Assembly (NCBI RefSeq): GCF_009914755.1
Contig: NC_060930.1
Source: the human T2T-CHM13v2.0 reference genome, Homo sapiens
Direction: 5' to 3' (one strand)
Length of the DNA stretch: 64,000 nt
Under the pieces are notes generated by a model. It was not told the origin of the DNA. It did not search any database and was given only the letters and a program-made list of their open reading frames with translations. Position 1 is the first letter of the stretch. Every line of letters begins with the position of its first letter. Shown here in pieces: positions 38,951-53,074 of this stretch. A program made the translations under genes and the position numbers.

Positions 38951-41900
38951 AAAACTAAATCAGACTATGTCAATTAGACCATCCAGTGGGTTCCTCATTC
39001 ACTAAGAGATAAATTTCTTTAAATTGCGCACAGAAATCAGTATGATCTGTTACCCACAATTCTCTGAATTTATCCCCTATTATTTTCCTACTTACTCTAC
39101 ACCAGTCCCAGTGGCCACTTTTCTGTTCCTTGGATATGCCAGATTTCCTTCTATCACAGGCTTTTGCATTTGCTGTTTCCTTTGCTCAGAAAGAAATCTA
39201 TGTTCTTCATTGCTCATTCTCATGTATTTTGGGTCATTATTCACCCCTTACTTGCTCAGCTCAGTGCATTCTCACTCTCTCAACAGCTTTCCTTTTCTTC
39301 TTTCCTTTTCTCTACTTCACTTATTAAATCAACATCCAGTATACTGTTTTACATGTCATTAAAATTTTATTCAGTAGTTCATCTTCAGTAGTTTATCAAG
39401 AATGTAAACTCCATGACAGCATAAAGTTTTGTTCATTACTATTACTGTATTTAGCACATAATATGTATTAAATAATCATTTGTTGAAATAATAACTAAAA
39501 ATAATTACCAGGTTTACGTAATATTGGTACATTTATTTATTACAGAGTTTTAAAAGTTAATTTGATAATCAATTAGTATATTGTACATCTTTAATTGACT
39601 TGCTTTCTCCATTTCTGTAATGGTGATAATAAAATATACATCATGTTACTGGGCTTGATAATAGCAAGTAATCTATATGACTTAACCATCCAATGATGGG
39701 ATATACAGGTTATTATGTTTCAGCTAAGTTCTAGAATAATTGTGTATGTAAAATACTGTGTTTGTGTGTGTGTGCATGTGTGTGTGTTTGTGTGCCTGTC
39801 TCTTTATTTCGCCACCATTTAAAAATGTTTCCTTAATAGCAAAAATTAATAAGCGAACAATAGTTATTAGAATACCTGTTGTGGATAACTCTGACTTCCT
39901 GTCTCTTGGGGGCTGAGCAAATGGACTAATGAGGTTATTATCAGGTTCTGAGACTAAGAAAGGAAAATTCAACACATATGTTATATAAGATACAAAGAAC
40001 ATGGGATATTTAGCAGAACCAACAGCCAAGTATTCAATTAGCAAGTATACAAAACAGCAACGTGGCCAAAAGTAGAGACTAAGCTGAATAGAGATAGAGA
40101 AGATCATTAGAACCAGGTAAACAAAAACCAAAGCAATATTAGTGGGTAAAGGGGAGGTGATGGACCAAGTACAGTTGTTTGGGGAAAAAAATCCTATTGT
40201 CTGTGGTTGACTTTTTGTGTGTGATATAGTGTGAAACAAATAGATATTCCAACCTCAAGGAGATTACAATATAATGAAAAAAGAGAAAAAATAATAAAAT
40301 ATTAACAATATACAATCTTTTTTGATTAAATTCTACAGAATTTTAAGTGCTAACAGTTGCAATAAGTCAAGATACACACAGAATAAAACTTTAAAAATCT
40401 AGATAAATATAAAAAGTGGCTAGATTCCTTTGAAACATTTTAAGTATGCAGTATATTTAGACTAGCTTCAACAATATATCTCTTTTTTGAATGAGATGAA
40501 AGAAAAGTCACTGGGAAATAATTATTTTTAGTTTTATTCTCCATACTATAAACCTTCCTGTTAGGAGTATGAAAATAGCTAATTATTAATAAGCATTCTT
40601 TTTACATTGTTATTACAAGCTGATTTCTTAAGCCTGGATGGTCTATCCAGATTTTATGGTATTAATATTTTTATATTGAAATTATACCATATTCAAAAGA
40701 AATGATTTTTTCTAATTTGGAAAAATCAGGTTTGATACTAACGGATTATGTAGTTAAAAAACCTCTTAGAGACATTTAATTTACATTTTAATCAGGCTGC
40801 TTCTATCCAAGGTGCCCAAACCTTCTCTTTTGAACAAACCAGGTTAAGTGTATTAATAGTTGGGCTGTTAAGCACATCACTTAATATTGTTCACTAACAT
40901 ATATTGATTCCTGAAAGAGACTTGCTAGTAAAGCTTCATTCCTGTACTGCTAAGATTAGGTTTATCCTGCATTAACACTTTAGTTTGATCATTTAAATGT
41001 CTCCCAAGTTCAAGTTTTACATTTTAATTTATTCTTAGGCTGTGACCATGCAACTAAATCTTTAAGACTTTGCTCACTAGAATGATTTAGCCTTGATTTT
41101 AATAAGCTTGGGCAAATTGGCAACTTTAAATAACACAAGCAAAGCAGTACTTTTCAAGATTTTTGTACATAACCACACATGATTATAAATGTTATGAACA
41201 ATGGGATGTGATTGTTCATGGAAGAAGAAAGTTTCCTTTTATAAATTACAATGCATCTATTCTTTCCAGACAAGAAACTTCACAATCGTTTTGAAATGTA
41301 TTTTTAAAATAGCCAGCAGGGTAAAAAGTACAAAATGAGTCAATCAAATTAAAAGATAAGTAAAATTTTCTTATTTTAATATTGTCTCTGGGTTTACTCA
41401 TGAGAAGGAAAGGTGCCCAATGGTTGCAAATCAGAGTATCCCCAGTTAAAAGTTCCCATAATTACTTAAAACTAAATATCTTCTTCCACAAAACTTCTTT
41501 GTATTTCGAAAGCTTCATTTTTATAAGCACGGTAGTCTCATTTGATGTTGAGTGGCCATTTTAATTGTTCCTAATCTTTTTTGGTACAGAATATAAGGAG
41601 TCAAGATAATCAATAACCACTCACTTTTCAAAGCAGTCATTGGATTGTCAACCGTAGATATATCACCCATTGTTATTTTGATATACTTCAGATAGTTCCT
41701 GTCTTCTCCATTTCCTAGGGAATTTTCTCAAATTTCTTAGGAACCTATTGCATCTCTTAGAAAACATTTCACTTAAATTAAATGGGAGCCTATATGAATA
41801 TGCTCCATCCTCAGGCCATTTCTTCCTAGTCACTCTTATAGATAAATCAAGATGCAATAACATCTGAATGCTCAGGTTGACTTTCCTAGGGTCACTGTGT

Positions 41901-43053
41901 ACCCCGGGGTTTCTGGCAAGAGGTAGGCAACAGAACTGCAATAACTATTTGTTAGGGATGTGACCAGTGCACCTATTTATTAAACTTTACAATAATAAAG
42001 CACAAATCTCACTGGCCAATGAATTAGCAAAATCCAAAGCGATTATATTAAACAAGTAATATCTTCAAGGAAGAAAAGATTGTGTTCCTAAGAATCACAC
42101 ATTCTAGAGGAAATATAAAATATTTGAACCATAGTAACTATAAGCATCTTAGCACACTTATTATGCACATATATCTCACTATAACTGAAGATTTTACTTT
42201 TTATGTAAGTTACTATATAATAATGATGAAGTAGTAATGCTTGATCTTTGAGGGTCACTCAGAGAAACTCTGAAGTGGTATGCAGAAGCTTTCTTTTTTA
42301 GGAAATAGCATGGCTAAGAACACTGCTAGCAAACCAAGACCTGAGTGGTACATCTGGCTGGGACCTGTTTTGTTTATACCTCTGAGCAAGTAATTTAAAT
42401 ACCTTATAACATGATGATAATAGTGTTTGCCACCCAGCTAACTTGGAATATTTTTAAAGGCTTCTGATAAATCAGGGCATAATATTTTCCTAATGTATAC
42501 AATTTTCCATTACTGTTAATATGTCATTTCTGCACCTGAAAAAGAGTCCCATGTTTCATTTTGTGAGGACGTTAGTGTGTTCTTGTTTCTGAATGATATT
42601 TTAGTCATAAATCCTCAACAAACCTAAACATTTTAAGTATGCAGTATATTTAGACTACCTTCAACATTGTATCTCTTTGTTTTTGAATTAAATGAAAGAA
42701 AAGTTACTGAAAATAATTATTTTTAGTTTTTTATGTAACTTATGTAAATCCTTACATGACTATTAATTCTCCTTTAGGTGGTGAACCTCTGACATGTTTA
42801 CGCAGGTCTTATCAGTAGACAGTGATGTCAGTGAACCCACAGTTTTCCTAGTTTTGGCCCTTTTGATCTCTCTTGCCATACTCCTCGAAAAACACTTTAT
42901 ATTTCACCTTTGTATTCATCCATTCCTACCTCCTCATCAACCATCTTCTATCTTTTTTCTCCTCTCCCTCTCCCAGTATTTTATTGAAAACTAGTAAGTT
43001 CCTGGTACCATTTAGGACGCTGCTATGCAGCAATGAAGAAGCCTAAGTCACTA

Positions 43054-44446
43054 TTATCTCACCACATCTACAACAATCTACTCAAGATGGATTAAAAACT
43101 TAAATGTAAGGCCTGAAACTATAAAACTACTAGAAGAAAAAACAGAGAAAATGTTTCTTGACTTGGATCTTAGATTTTTTTTTTTTGGATATGACCCAAA
43201 AAGCAGAGGCAATAAAACCAAAAACAAGACAAACAGGATTGTATCAAACTAAAAAGCTTTTTACAGTATGGGAAACAACCAACAGAAAGCAAAAGAAAAC
43301 AATAACAAAAACAAGAACAACAACAAAACCCCAAAAAGCCTATATATAGAATGAGAGAAAATATTTGCGAACTATACATGTGATAATGGATTAATGACCA
43401 AAATATATAAGGATCTCAAACAACCCAATATTAAGAAAACAGATAACCTGAGTAAAAAAAAAATGGACAAAGAACATTAATAGAAAATTTTTAAGACATA
43501 AAAAAGGCTAACATATATATGAAAAGGTGGTCAACATCACAAATCGTCAGGAAATGCTAATTAAAACCACAGTGAAGAGCTACCTCACACTGGTAAGAAT
43601 TACTTTTATCAAAAAGTCAAAAGATAAAAAGTGTCAGTGAAGATAGGGAAAAAAAAAAGGAATTCTTGTATACCCTTGGTGGAAATGTGAATTAGTAAAT
43701 GCATTATAAGAAACAGTATGGTGTTTTTTCAAAAAGATTGAAAATAGAAATACCATATGATCCAGCAAGTTTACTTCTGGGTACATATGGAAAGAAAATG
43801 AAATCAGTATGTCAAAGAGACATGTGCACACCCATGTTCATTGCAGTATTATTCACAATAGCCAATATATAGAATCACCTTTTGTCCATCAACAGATGAA
43901 TGACAAAGAAACTATGATATATAAGATACACACACACACACACACACGCACGCACACACAGAATGGAATAATATTCAACCTTTAAAAAGAAGGAAATAAC
44001 ATGGATGAACCCTAAAGGGCATTGTACTAAGTGAAATAAGACACACACAGAAAGACAAATACTGTATGATCTCATCTACACGTGGAATCTAAAAGAAATG
44101 AATTTACAGAAGCAGAGAGAAGGATGTTGGTTACCAGGTTCTAGGGATGTGGAGGGAGTGGGAAATGGAGTGATGTCAGTTAAAGGGTACAAATTTTCAG
44201 TTTAACAAGAGGCGTAAGATTCTGGAGACTTACTATTCATCAGAGTGGCTATAGTTAATAATAATGTATTATATACTTAAAATTGCTGAAAGTAGATTTT
44301 CAATGCTGTCACCACAAAAAAATTGTATGTGAGGTGATGGATATATTAATTTACTTGATATAGTCATTCCACAATGTATACATATATCAACATTTCACAT
44401 TGTACATCATAAATATCTATAATTTTTCGTTTGCCAATTAAAAAAT
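43054..44446 (+). mobile_element. L1MA (approx. L1MA7-9) 3' portion
   Basis: atggattaaaaacttaaatgtaag, ccatatgatccagcaa, gtatgtgaggtgatggata..gtcattccacaatgtatac. Confidence 0.88.
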
Positions 44447-44451
44447 ACGAA

Positions 44452-44592
44452 GCGTGGCCCACAGACCCACATCAGCATCACCTCCAAATTTGTTGAAAAT
44501 GCAGAATCTCAGGCCCTGCCACAGATCCACTGGGTCAAAAGTGCACTTAAAAAAATCCCCGGGGGGTTTGTGTACTCAGCTGTTTGAGAGGC
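44452..44592. mobile_element. MER5A (hAT-Charlie MITE)
   Basis: catcagcatcacct..ttgttgaaaatgcagaatctcaggccc. Confidence 0.75.
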
Positions 44593-44768
44593 CAGAAAAA
44601 TTGGTTTTGGTAATAGAATTGAGTGTGGGGAAAGGTAGAACATGAAATAGTAGCTTCTTGTCTTAAGGCTTTAAAGTATTGTTTGACTTTTTTTTTTTCT
44701 TTCAATCTGCATGTTGTTTATTACTTTGATATTTCATAGTTTTTAAAGTGGTTTAAAAATAAATACCT

Positions 44769-45040
44769 GTGGCTCACGCCTGAAATCCCACCACTTTGGG
44801 AGGCTGAGGTGGGCAGATCACTTGAGGTCAGGAGTTCGAGACCATCCTGGCCAACATGGTGAAACCCTGTCACTACTAATAATTCAAAAATTAGCTGGGC
44901 ATGGTGGCACATGCCTGTAATCCCAGCCACTCAGGATGCTGAAGCAGGAGAATCATTTGAATCCAGGAGGCAGCATGGGCGACAGCTGGAGACCCTGTCA
45001 AAAAAACAAAAAACAAAAAACAAAAACAAAAACAAAAAAA
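44769..45040 (+). mobile_element. AluS, slightly 5'-truncated, with ~35-bp right-arm deletion and (A5C)n tail
   Basis: ggaggcag|catgggcgacag junction; degenerate TSD aaatacctg/aaacacctg. Confidence 0.9.
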
Positions 45041-45049
45041 CACCTGGGT

Positions 45050-45530
45050 AGATGGGTAGACTGTGGAGAAAGGAAGACAAAGTTACTATCTTTATTATAG
45101 TGAGACATTTAGATCTTAGGAAAGTACACAAATACATTAATGATGAATTAGCTGATACAAAAAATGATGTGAATTAAGAAGTACGACAACTTGACAAAGT
45201 GATTTGGGAGGTGAGTGTAAGATGGTAGTGGATACTTTTATGGGCATGCATAGGAAAATTTCATCTCACCTAAGGTGAAATGAAAATTGAATAATGACAA
45301 TGAATTATATTAACAAAGAAAGACATGGGTGCAGCAAGAGTAGACAACTTTCAATGCATCAGGCAAAGATGTATTAGAAAAAGTGCAGTTGAGCAGGTAA
45401 CAGATGAGGTTGGTAAGGAAGGCAGATGACATATTAGGCAGAAATGTATGGGTCACTGCTAGATGTTGGCAATTAATTTAAGTGTATGGAAAGGTATTGG
45501 AGAACTGTTGGGAGTTTCAGAGGACGTCTC
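45050..45530 (-). mobile_element. L2 LINE fragment
   Basis: gatgaggttggtaaggaaggcag, gaaggtattggag motifs. Confidence 0.5.
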
Positions 45531-45778
45531 ATGACCCAGTCTAATGGTTAGTTATTACGAAGTTTTTCCAAGTTTCCCTTTTCTCCGCGAATTTGTGCAC
45601 AAGAAACTGCTTAGCACAATTTCTCCATCTATATGTCAGTTCTCATTTATGGAACTATTCCTCTGTAGACTGATTTTGTTTGTCTCATTTTTGCACTGAG
45701 CACGGGGGTCCTCTGCCCTTGGTTCCAAAGCCTTCAGGTGCCAAAGCTGCTCCAGAACCCCTGGAAGAATTATCAAAG

Positions 45779-45830
45779 ATGCGGTCCCTCTCTTCAATTC
45801 CATGGTATATTTTGTCCTTCAGTTCTGCAG
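45779..45830 (+). CDS. Candidate coding exon (MRSLSSIPWYILSFSSA+G), phase-1 donor
   Basis: aagATG, open frame and CAG|gtagca donor at 45830/45831. Possible acceptors ccttcag|45738 or ctccag|45756. Phase matches the exon at 53820. Confidence 0.35.
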
Positions 45831-46996
45831 GTAGCACTATTTATACTGACTCTAACAAGCCTCAAAACAACCATAGGATCCTACTTTACCCCTCTGTCTC
45901 TGAGAAGCTAGCATAATGTTTTCCATTCTCTGTCTTTGGACTTCTTTGTCTATTATGCTGCATTTCCTGATCATTAGCCAAACCAAGCACACAAGCAAGC
46001 AAGCAAGCAAACACACAAAGCCCATTAGGAAATTCAGTAGGGCAAATACACAGGAGTGTCTGGTTCCTGGCTCCACCAGGCCAATAACTGCTTGGGCCCA
46101 GCTAAGACAACTGCTTATGGAGCCATTTATAGAACACTTGTATCCATTAGACTGAGAGTAATGATATAATTTCTATACATTAAAGGGACTAAAAATAATT
46201 AAATGAAATTATCATATGTATTAAAGTAGTTTGATTTTTATCTGTATTTCTTTGAAAGTGGTTTTTTCATTGAAAATACTTTTCTCATTATAAAATATTT
46301 TTAAAATTGTGAAATATGCAGAAGCATAAAAAAGAAAATAGTAAACACTAGTGATCCTACCACCCTAAAAAAAAGTCTGCTAACATTTTTGAGTTGTCTC
46401 TTGTGTGTGTATTTGTGTGTATACGTGTGTTTGGTAATTATGGTTTGTACCACTTTAGAAGTTGATTTTTTTACTTAATTTATTTTGAGCAGTTTTCACA
46501 ACTTAAGCATATTTCAAGAATTTGATTTCACATGCCATGTCTTAGTTTAAGTGTTAAATTTTAGGCCTATTTATGTTCTGTATTTGCTACATGTACAACA
46601 GCATTGTGCTTTTCTTTTTCCTCTGTTGAGTTTTTGCTTATATAAACAGATTATAGCTTGATACTATCATTAATGGTAATATCATTTTATACACAAAAAA
46701 TCTACAATAATTTTTTGAGATATTTGCATGAAGTTTATTATAATATGAAAGTGATTACACAGATTTTTATCTGTTTTTCATTTGATACATTGGCTACTAC
46801 TGTTTCTTTTAGTACATATAGTCCCACTCTAGGATTTTAGGCTTTAATTAATTTCTAAGTTTACATTGGAAAGTGTTATTGAATATTTGTATTTTCTAAG
46901 AAAGACATGTGGATACAATATTTTATTAGACAATGCTTATCTGAGAATAATTTTTACATTTATTTATGAATTTTTTGCCTCTCTACGTAAGAAAAT

Positions 46997-47393
46997 TGTG
47001 TTTGGCTATTATTGTGTTGCTATAAAGACATACCTGAGGCTGAATAGTTTATAAAGAAAAGAGTTGTAATAGGTTCACAGTTTTGCAGGCTGGACAAGCA
47101 TGGCACTGTCATCTGGTTGGCTTCTAGGGAGGCCTCAGAGAGGGTCTACCCTTGGCAGAATGCGAAGCAGGAGCAGGCATGTCACATGGCAAAACCACGA
47201 GTAAGACAGAGAGAGAACAGTGAGGTGCCATGTACTTTTAAACAACCAGATCTCACAAGAACTCACTATCACAAGGACAGCACCAAGGTGAGAGGGATCT
47301 GCCCCCATGATCCAATCATCTCCCACTGGGCCCCACCTCCAACAGTGGGGATTGCATTTCAATGAGATTTGGAGAGTCATACAAACTATATCA
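46997..47393 (-). mobile_element. MSTB/MSTA-like MaLR solo LTR
   Basis: Termini tgtgtttgg...aactatatca, 5-bp TSD aaaat, and gcaggcatgtcacatggc. Confidence 0.9.
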
Positions 47394-47399
47394 AAAATA

Positions 47400-48150
47400 A
47401 AACACATTTGCTATATCTAGAAATATTGTTTCCTAATCCCCATTGTCTTTGGCATTCTTATTGCCAGGGAGTTTAAAGTTGGCCAGATATTCCCCCCTTT
47501 TCTAAGTGCATAATTTTTAATTTGGAAATGTATAGGGATTCTTATTTTGGATTTTTAAAAGTGCTACACTTTCACAAAGGTATGTCTAAGTTTGTGTATC
47601 TTTTAATTAATATTCCTCTGTGAACCCTTCCTATGTGCAAATTCAAGTATTTAATACAGGAAGATTTTTGAAAATACTGTTAATCTGCTATTATATACTC
47701 TCTGTCAGCTTTGTTTCCTCCTTCTGGGTTGGCTCATCTTAATCAGTATTCCATTTTTCCCCTCTGACTTCTGAGATAATTTGTTTAAAGTTGTTATTTA
47801 TTTCACTAGTTGCATTTTATTTAAAGTATAATCTGGTAGTCTCATCTCCTTTGTGGTTTTCGTTTAAGCAGTCATACTGTCTTTTCTATTTCCTGATCAG
47901 AAAGTCATTAGACTTGCATTGAATTGTGTTTGAGAACTTGAATGAGACATTTTCTAAACATTGCTTCTTATGATAACACTGCTTAAAATTGACCTTCGGA
48001 GTGGTTTCTTTCTTTTAAAATATAGCATTTGTATATACTCATGAGTTTCTTTTTCTTGTTACTTTCTTCATTGTGATTTCCTCGCATTCATATTTGAGAT
48101 GAATTATATTTATGTCTTTCAGACCCAGACAAATGAAGAAGCAAAATATT
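47400..48150 (-). mobile_element. Old L1 ORF1-region fragments (also ~46600-46990)
   Basis: T-rich antisense decayed L1 motifs on both sides of the MST LTR. Confidence 0.45.
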
Positions 48151-48746
48151 TGATTTTCTGTGGTTTATTTATTTGGTTCATATATCCAGCAGCTTGAGGA
48201 GAAAACTGAAGTGGCTAAAACTCAATGTCATCCAAACAAAAAGTGTGGTCTTCTCTCCTAGATTTTCCCTCTACCATGTTTGGCTTGGCATTCCGCCTTG
48301 GTACTTGACTGCTTCCATTCTTTATGGGGCACGGTAGTTATCCTTAGAAACCAGCTTTAGCAGTGCCTTCCGTTTGTGTCTTTTTTTTTTTCTGGTGGTC
48401 TCTGAAGATTATAAACCAAGATCTATTGCCAATTTAGATTCTCCAAGAAGTGTAGCCTCTTGTACCTAGCTGTCTTGCTAGAATTGCCAGTGATTACGTT
48501 CCTCTTGATTTGCTATGACCCATCAGTGCTTCCTATCCTCATGCCGCAAAGTGAAGGGATATTAGTGGGGCTCCACTAGGTTCACTTCCTTTATTCCTCA
48601 TGATATCTGTTTTTTCTCACAGGGGGGGCATTACTGTTATGTCCAAAAATTTCTAATTCTGGCTCTCTCTATTCTATATGTAGAAGACAGAAATTCCACT
48701 GAGATACTCAATTGTTGTGTCTATACTTTTTCACTTTTCAGAACTC

Positions 48747-48749
<3 letters not shown>

Positions 48750-48792
<43 letters not shown>
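48750..48792. repeat. (CA)n microsatellite (derived Alu tail)
   Basis: Directly visible. Confidence 0.97.
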
Positions 48793-48794
<2 letters not shown>

Positions 48795-48920
48795 TGAGTG
48801 TAGTGCAGTGGCACAATCACGGCTCACTGAGCTCTTGACCTCCCAGACTCAAGCAGTAATCCTGCCTCAGCCTCCCAAAGTGTGGGATTACAGACATGAA
48901 CCACCATGCCTGACCTAATT
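48795..48920 (-). mobile_element. Alu monomer (FRAM/FLAM/AluJ hybrid)
   Basis: gtgcagtggcacaatcacggctcactg..gcctcagcctcccaaagtg..gggattacag. Confidence 0.8.
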
Positions 48921-50424
48921 TTTAATTTAAAACAAAAAAAACCCTCAAAAACCCACTTTTCCCCTTTGGTCCCTGAACACATTTGTTATATCTGTTGCTA
49001 AACATAAATTTCCTTTTTCCAAACAAAATTCGATTATTTTCTTTGAAGAAAAATGATTAAGTGGTTATTACTTTCACAGTCTTCTGGTTAATAATGCATA
49101 TGTTTCTTCGGGGGTTTGGGGTGTTGTTAGGAAACACCACAGTGATGGGCATGCAGAACTTGTTTTCTAAGAGTATGAACCCTAACTGTAGATGTAAAAC
49201 ATACACAAACAACTAAGATGGAAAATAGAAAATGCCCCAAGTAATAAATAGGTACCAAAAAAGGTTGAAGGAGGGTGGAGCATTTATTAGACTATATACA
49301 GAAAAGGCAATGAAATTTTTAACTGTAACTTGCAAGAGGGGTATGGTTTCAGGAGTTAATTAGGAGAAAGGAAAGAAATTCAGAATTTGAGTGGTGTGCT
49401 GGAGAGATCGAATGTATTGGCATATAGTTGGCTTATTAGGATTGTTCATCATGATTTCCACTAGAACGTTTCCATATTTGCAGCTGAAACTTTAGTTTGT
49501 TATTACTTTTTAGGGCAATTTGTATCTTTGAATAAATAACTATTTCATGACTCATTCTTCTATAGTGTGTTTATGATAAAGTCATAATTTCAGTAGCTTG
49601 AATTGAAAGTTTTGCAGATATCAGCTTACATTGTTTTTATTATAAACGTTTCTCTTCTCCAACTGTTTAAGGGAAGAATTTGATCAAACAGGAAAGAGTA
49701 AATTTATCTTCATGAACTTTTGTTAGCAATGTTTCACCTACCTTTTCACTTTATACAAAATTGGATAACAACATAATCTAAGAATCTGAATCACTTTAAC
49801 AAAAATATTTTTCTTGTTTGTACTGATAGCTTGTTTCCACAGCATTGCACTAATGAATTGAAAAAGAAAAAACAAAAACATCTTATTGCATGAAAGTTTA
49901 GTGATGTGTAAATGCATTTGGCAGCAGCATTGCTACTGACACTCCTTTCTTAATATTTAATTTTCTCCTCTACCAATGTTATTTTTTTCTCTTAAAAGCA
50001 AAATTTAAAGAGAAGCATTGTTTTCAAAAAGCTTATATCAGGTATTCTGTTTTTGTCCTTTTCTAATCAGAAAATTGTGACAGTTTTAAAAAATCAAGGG
50101 AAAATTTTTGAATCACTTAGTATTATTGAGTACCAGAATATTTTCATTAATAAACTGAGAGATACATAATCTTATTATGTACATTCAAAAATAGTATGTC
50201 ATCATAATAGCATATTTACTCTTGATAGAGTAATTGTGAAAAGGCTTATTTTCTCCCTGCTACATATTATATTTTTATATGTTTAGAATTGCTTTAGTCT
50301 AATATAAAATCATTAACTCACAAAAGGCCTGTAACTTTATTCTTACATGCTTAAATGTTATTAAATCCTAAGATAGTGTAACATCAAAAGTAATGTATTA
50401 AAAAATTAGATAAATTTATGTCCA

Positions 50425-50600
50425 AATCTGAGCTTAAATAGTGACAAGTTGTATAATCCTGGAAAATGATTTCAATTCACTTCACTTCAGCTTTCCTATG
50501 AGCAAATGAAAATAAAATAACAACTAGTTTGAAGGGCTGTAGAGACTGAGGTACTTTGAATAACATTTCTAGAATATAGCGAAAGGTTAAATACAGTAAC
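50425..50600 (+). mobile_element. MIR fragment
   Basis: cttcagctttcctatgagcaaatg..agggctgt. Confidence 0.5.
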
Positions 50601-50949
50601 AGCTGTTAGTATTCATATTTCACTGTTGAGAAATCCCATCTTCAACTGATTTTATGATTGTAGTATTAACTGTATAAGTGTGTGTGTGTGTGTGTATTCA
50701 CTTGTTTAGAGAAGGGCATTGGATTCCAATGGGCTGATTAAGCATATGCAACTTTCCTAATGTCAAGGCCATTGAAATGACAGAATAACAGTAACAAGAA
50801 TAAAAGCATAATATACTAGGCAGCAAAAACAAAGGAATCTAGTAGTAGACCAGAATGCTTGAATATATCTTTAGGATAGAAACAAGTGCACTTGGATTGA
50901 CATAATACATGAATAAAGGAAAACTTCATACAATTGCTACTAATTAAAA

Positions 50950-51140
50950 GCTAGTGTTTATTGAGAATGCGTATTTCAGGCAGTATGCAAGTATGTTACA
51001 TTCATTATGCTAAATTTATTTTAACTCTCTGAAGTCAATTCTATATGTATTTTCATTTTACAGTGAAGAAAATAAAAGTTAGATATTTAGCCAGCAAGGT
51101 CGCACAACTAAAATAAGTCAGAGTGCCATGTGAAGTCAAG
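50950..51140 (-). mobile_element. MIR fragment
   Basis: tttattgag..cattttacagtgaagaaaat..caaggtcgcacaacta. Confidence 0.6.
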
Positions 51141-51499
51141 GTTAAGTACATGTATTTGAGTATGGCTTCTGCATTTAGTGTGAGTATACATATAAAATTA
51201 CTGTGTGTATATATATATATATATATATATGAGTGCAAAATTAATTCCTATAACACATTCACACGGCTTTCTGTTATGACATAGGAAATTTTAGTGCACT
51301 TATACTGTTTCCTCTTCTCAGTTCTCAATAGAGTCTCTATCATTATTTTTAGTTAAATCATTAATTAGTTCACTGCAGAGTTAATTAGTGTACCACGATC
51401 ACATTTATTTTATTTTTCAAATATTGTTTTCAATTTCCTCATTTTTATCACATATTTTGAAATCCCCATATCCTTAATACCTTTTTTTAAAAAAGAATA

Positions 51500-52520
51500 A
51501 TGTGCCTATATAAGATATATTATTGAGTTTCCTGCTTTGCTCCACAGAGATCTCAATCCTGGGATCCTCAGTCCTTTTGCTCCGATTTGGCTTGCTCCCC
51601 AATTATAGTACTGATCTGTCATGTTTCTATTTTTATACTAGACCCACTGTTTGATGGTTATGAGGCTCTCTTCTTTCTTGGCATATGCTCATGTCATTTA
51701 GTGCACTTCAACAACTCCCATAATAGGTTACATGAGAGAAAACTTTTACAAGTCCCTATATTTCTTAAGTATCTTAATGATTCCTTTAAACTTAATTGAT
51801 TAGTTGGCTTACACAGAATTCTAGGTGGAAAATTATTTTTCCCTTAAAATATTGAAGTCATTGTTCCATTATTTTAGTCTCCCGGGTTGCTATTAAGAAG
51901 TCCAATTCAGTGCCATTCTGATTGTTAATCCTTTATATACTCTTTTTTCCTGGAAACTTTTAGTGTCTTCATTTTATCCCTGGTGTTAAAAATCGCATAA
52001 CAACCTGCCTGATAGGGAGTCTTTTTTATTAACTGTGCTATTCAATTAATACCTATGCCTTTTATTTTTGTGAGTTTTTCTTGTATTCATTTCTTGATGG
52101 TTTTCTCTCCTCTTCTCCTAGGCGTTCTGTATTTTACTTTTCTTTCTTTTTTCTTTCTTTTTTTTTTTTTTTGGAGCTCCTACTAATAGAACATTGAACT
52201 TCCTGAATTGATACTCTAATATTTTAATCTTTCTCTCTGTCCATATTCATTTTTTGTTCTACTTTTAGAACTCCTTAAATTTATCTTTAAACTTTATTAA
52301 ATGTAACAATCATATTGTATTTAAAAGCATTTTCTTGTTCTTTTATTGTCCATTTGTTCAAAGTGCTATGTTATTATTTTATGTATGGAATGTTTTATCT
52401 GTCGTGTTACTGGGGGTTTTGTTTTTTTGTTTTGTTTTTCCTTAAGTTATTCCCTTGGTACATTTTTCCCTTTCCCTCTCTGTTGCTATTAAAGCATAAA
52501 GACCAGGGCTGTTCCTTCTT
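51500..52520 (-). mobile_element. Old L1 ORF1-region fragment
   Basis: ttggcttacacagaattctaggtggaaaattattttt, gttgctattaagaagtcc, gccattctgatt. Confidence 0.7.
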
Positions 52521-52532
52521 AAGTGAACTGAC

Positions 52533-52888
52533 TGCTATAATTTGAATGACTATGTTCCCCCAAAATTCATATATTGAAATCTAATCACCCATGTGAGAGA
52601 GTTAGAAGAAAGAGAATTTGGGAAGTAATTAAGTCCTAAGTGAGGAGCTTTACTGGGGTGGGAATAGTGCCCTTATAAAATAGGTGCCAGAGAACTGCAT
52701 CCTGCTTTTCACCATTCGAACACACAGAGGGCACTATCAATGAACCAGAAAATGAACCCTCACCAGACACTGAATCTGCCAGCACCTTAATCTTGAATTT
52801 CTCAGCCTCCAGAACTAGGATAAATATTTGTTGTCTACAAGCCACCCATTTTAAGATGTTTTGTTATAGCAGCCTGAATAGACTGATA
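52533..52888 (+). mobile_element. MLT1A-like MaLR solo LTR
   Basis: tgctataatttgaatg..ccccaaaattcata; ccctcaccagacactgaatctgcc; 5-bp TSD ctgac. Confidence 0.9.
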
Positions 52889-53074
52889 CTGACATTCACC
52901 TTGTGAGCCTAATTTCATTGCTGTCTGGAATCTGTACTTATCTCTCATCATAGCAGCCTTCTGAGATTTATGCACCTCAGCAGGATTTGTGAACCAAATT
53001 GCCATTTTTTTCTTCTAAATAGTTTCATCAGCATCCATGTTAGTTTATATCTTTCTAAATCGGGAAAGAAAAAA

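Noticed and set aside
39724-40239. 171-codon hydrophobic ORF on the minus strand
   Set aside because: It starts with TTG, runs through a CA microsatellite and probable L2 remnant, and has no recognisable domain. The length is borderline for chance in 64 kb.
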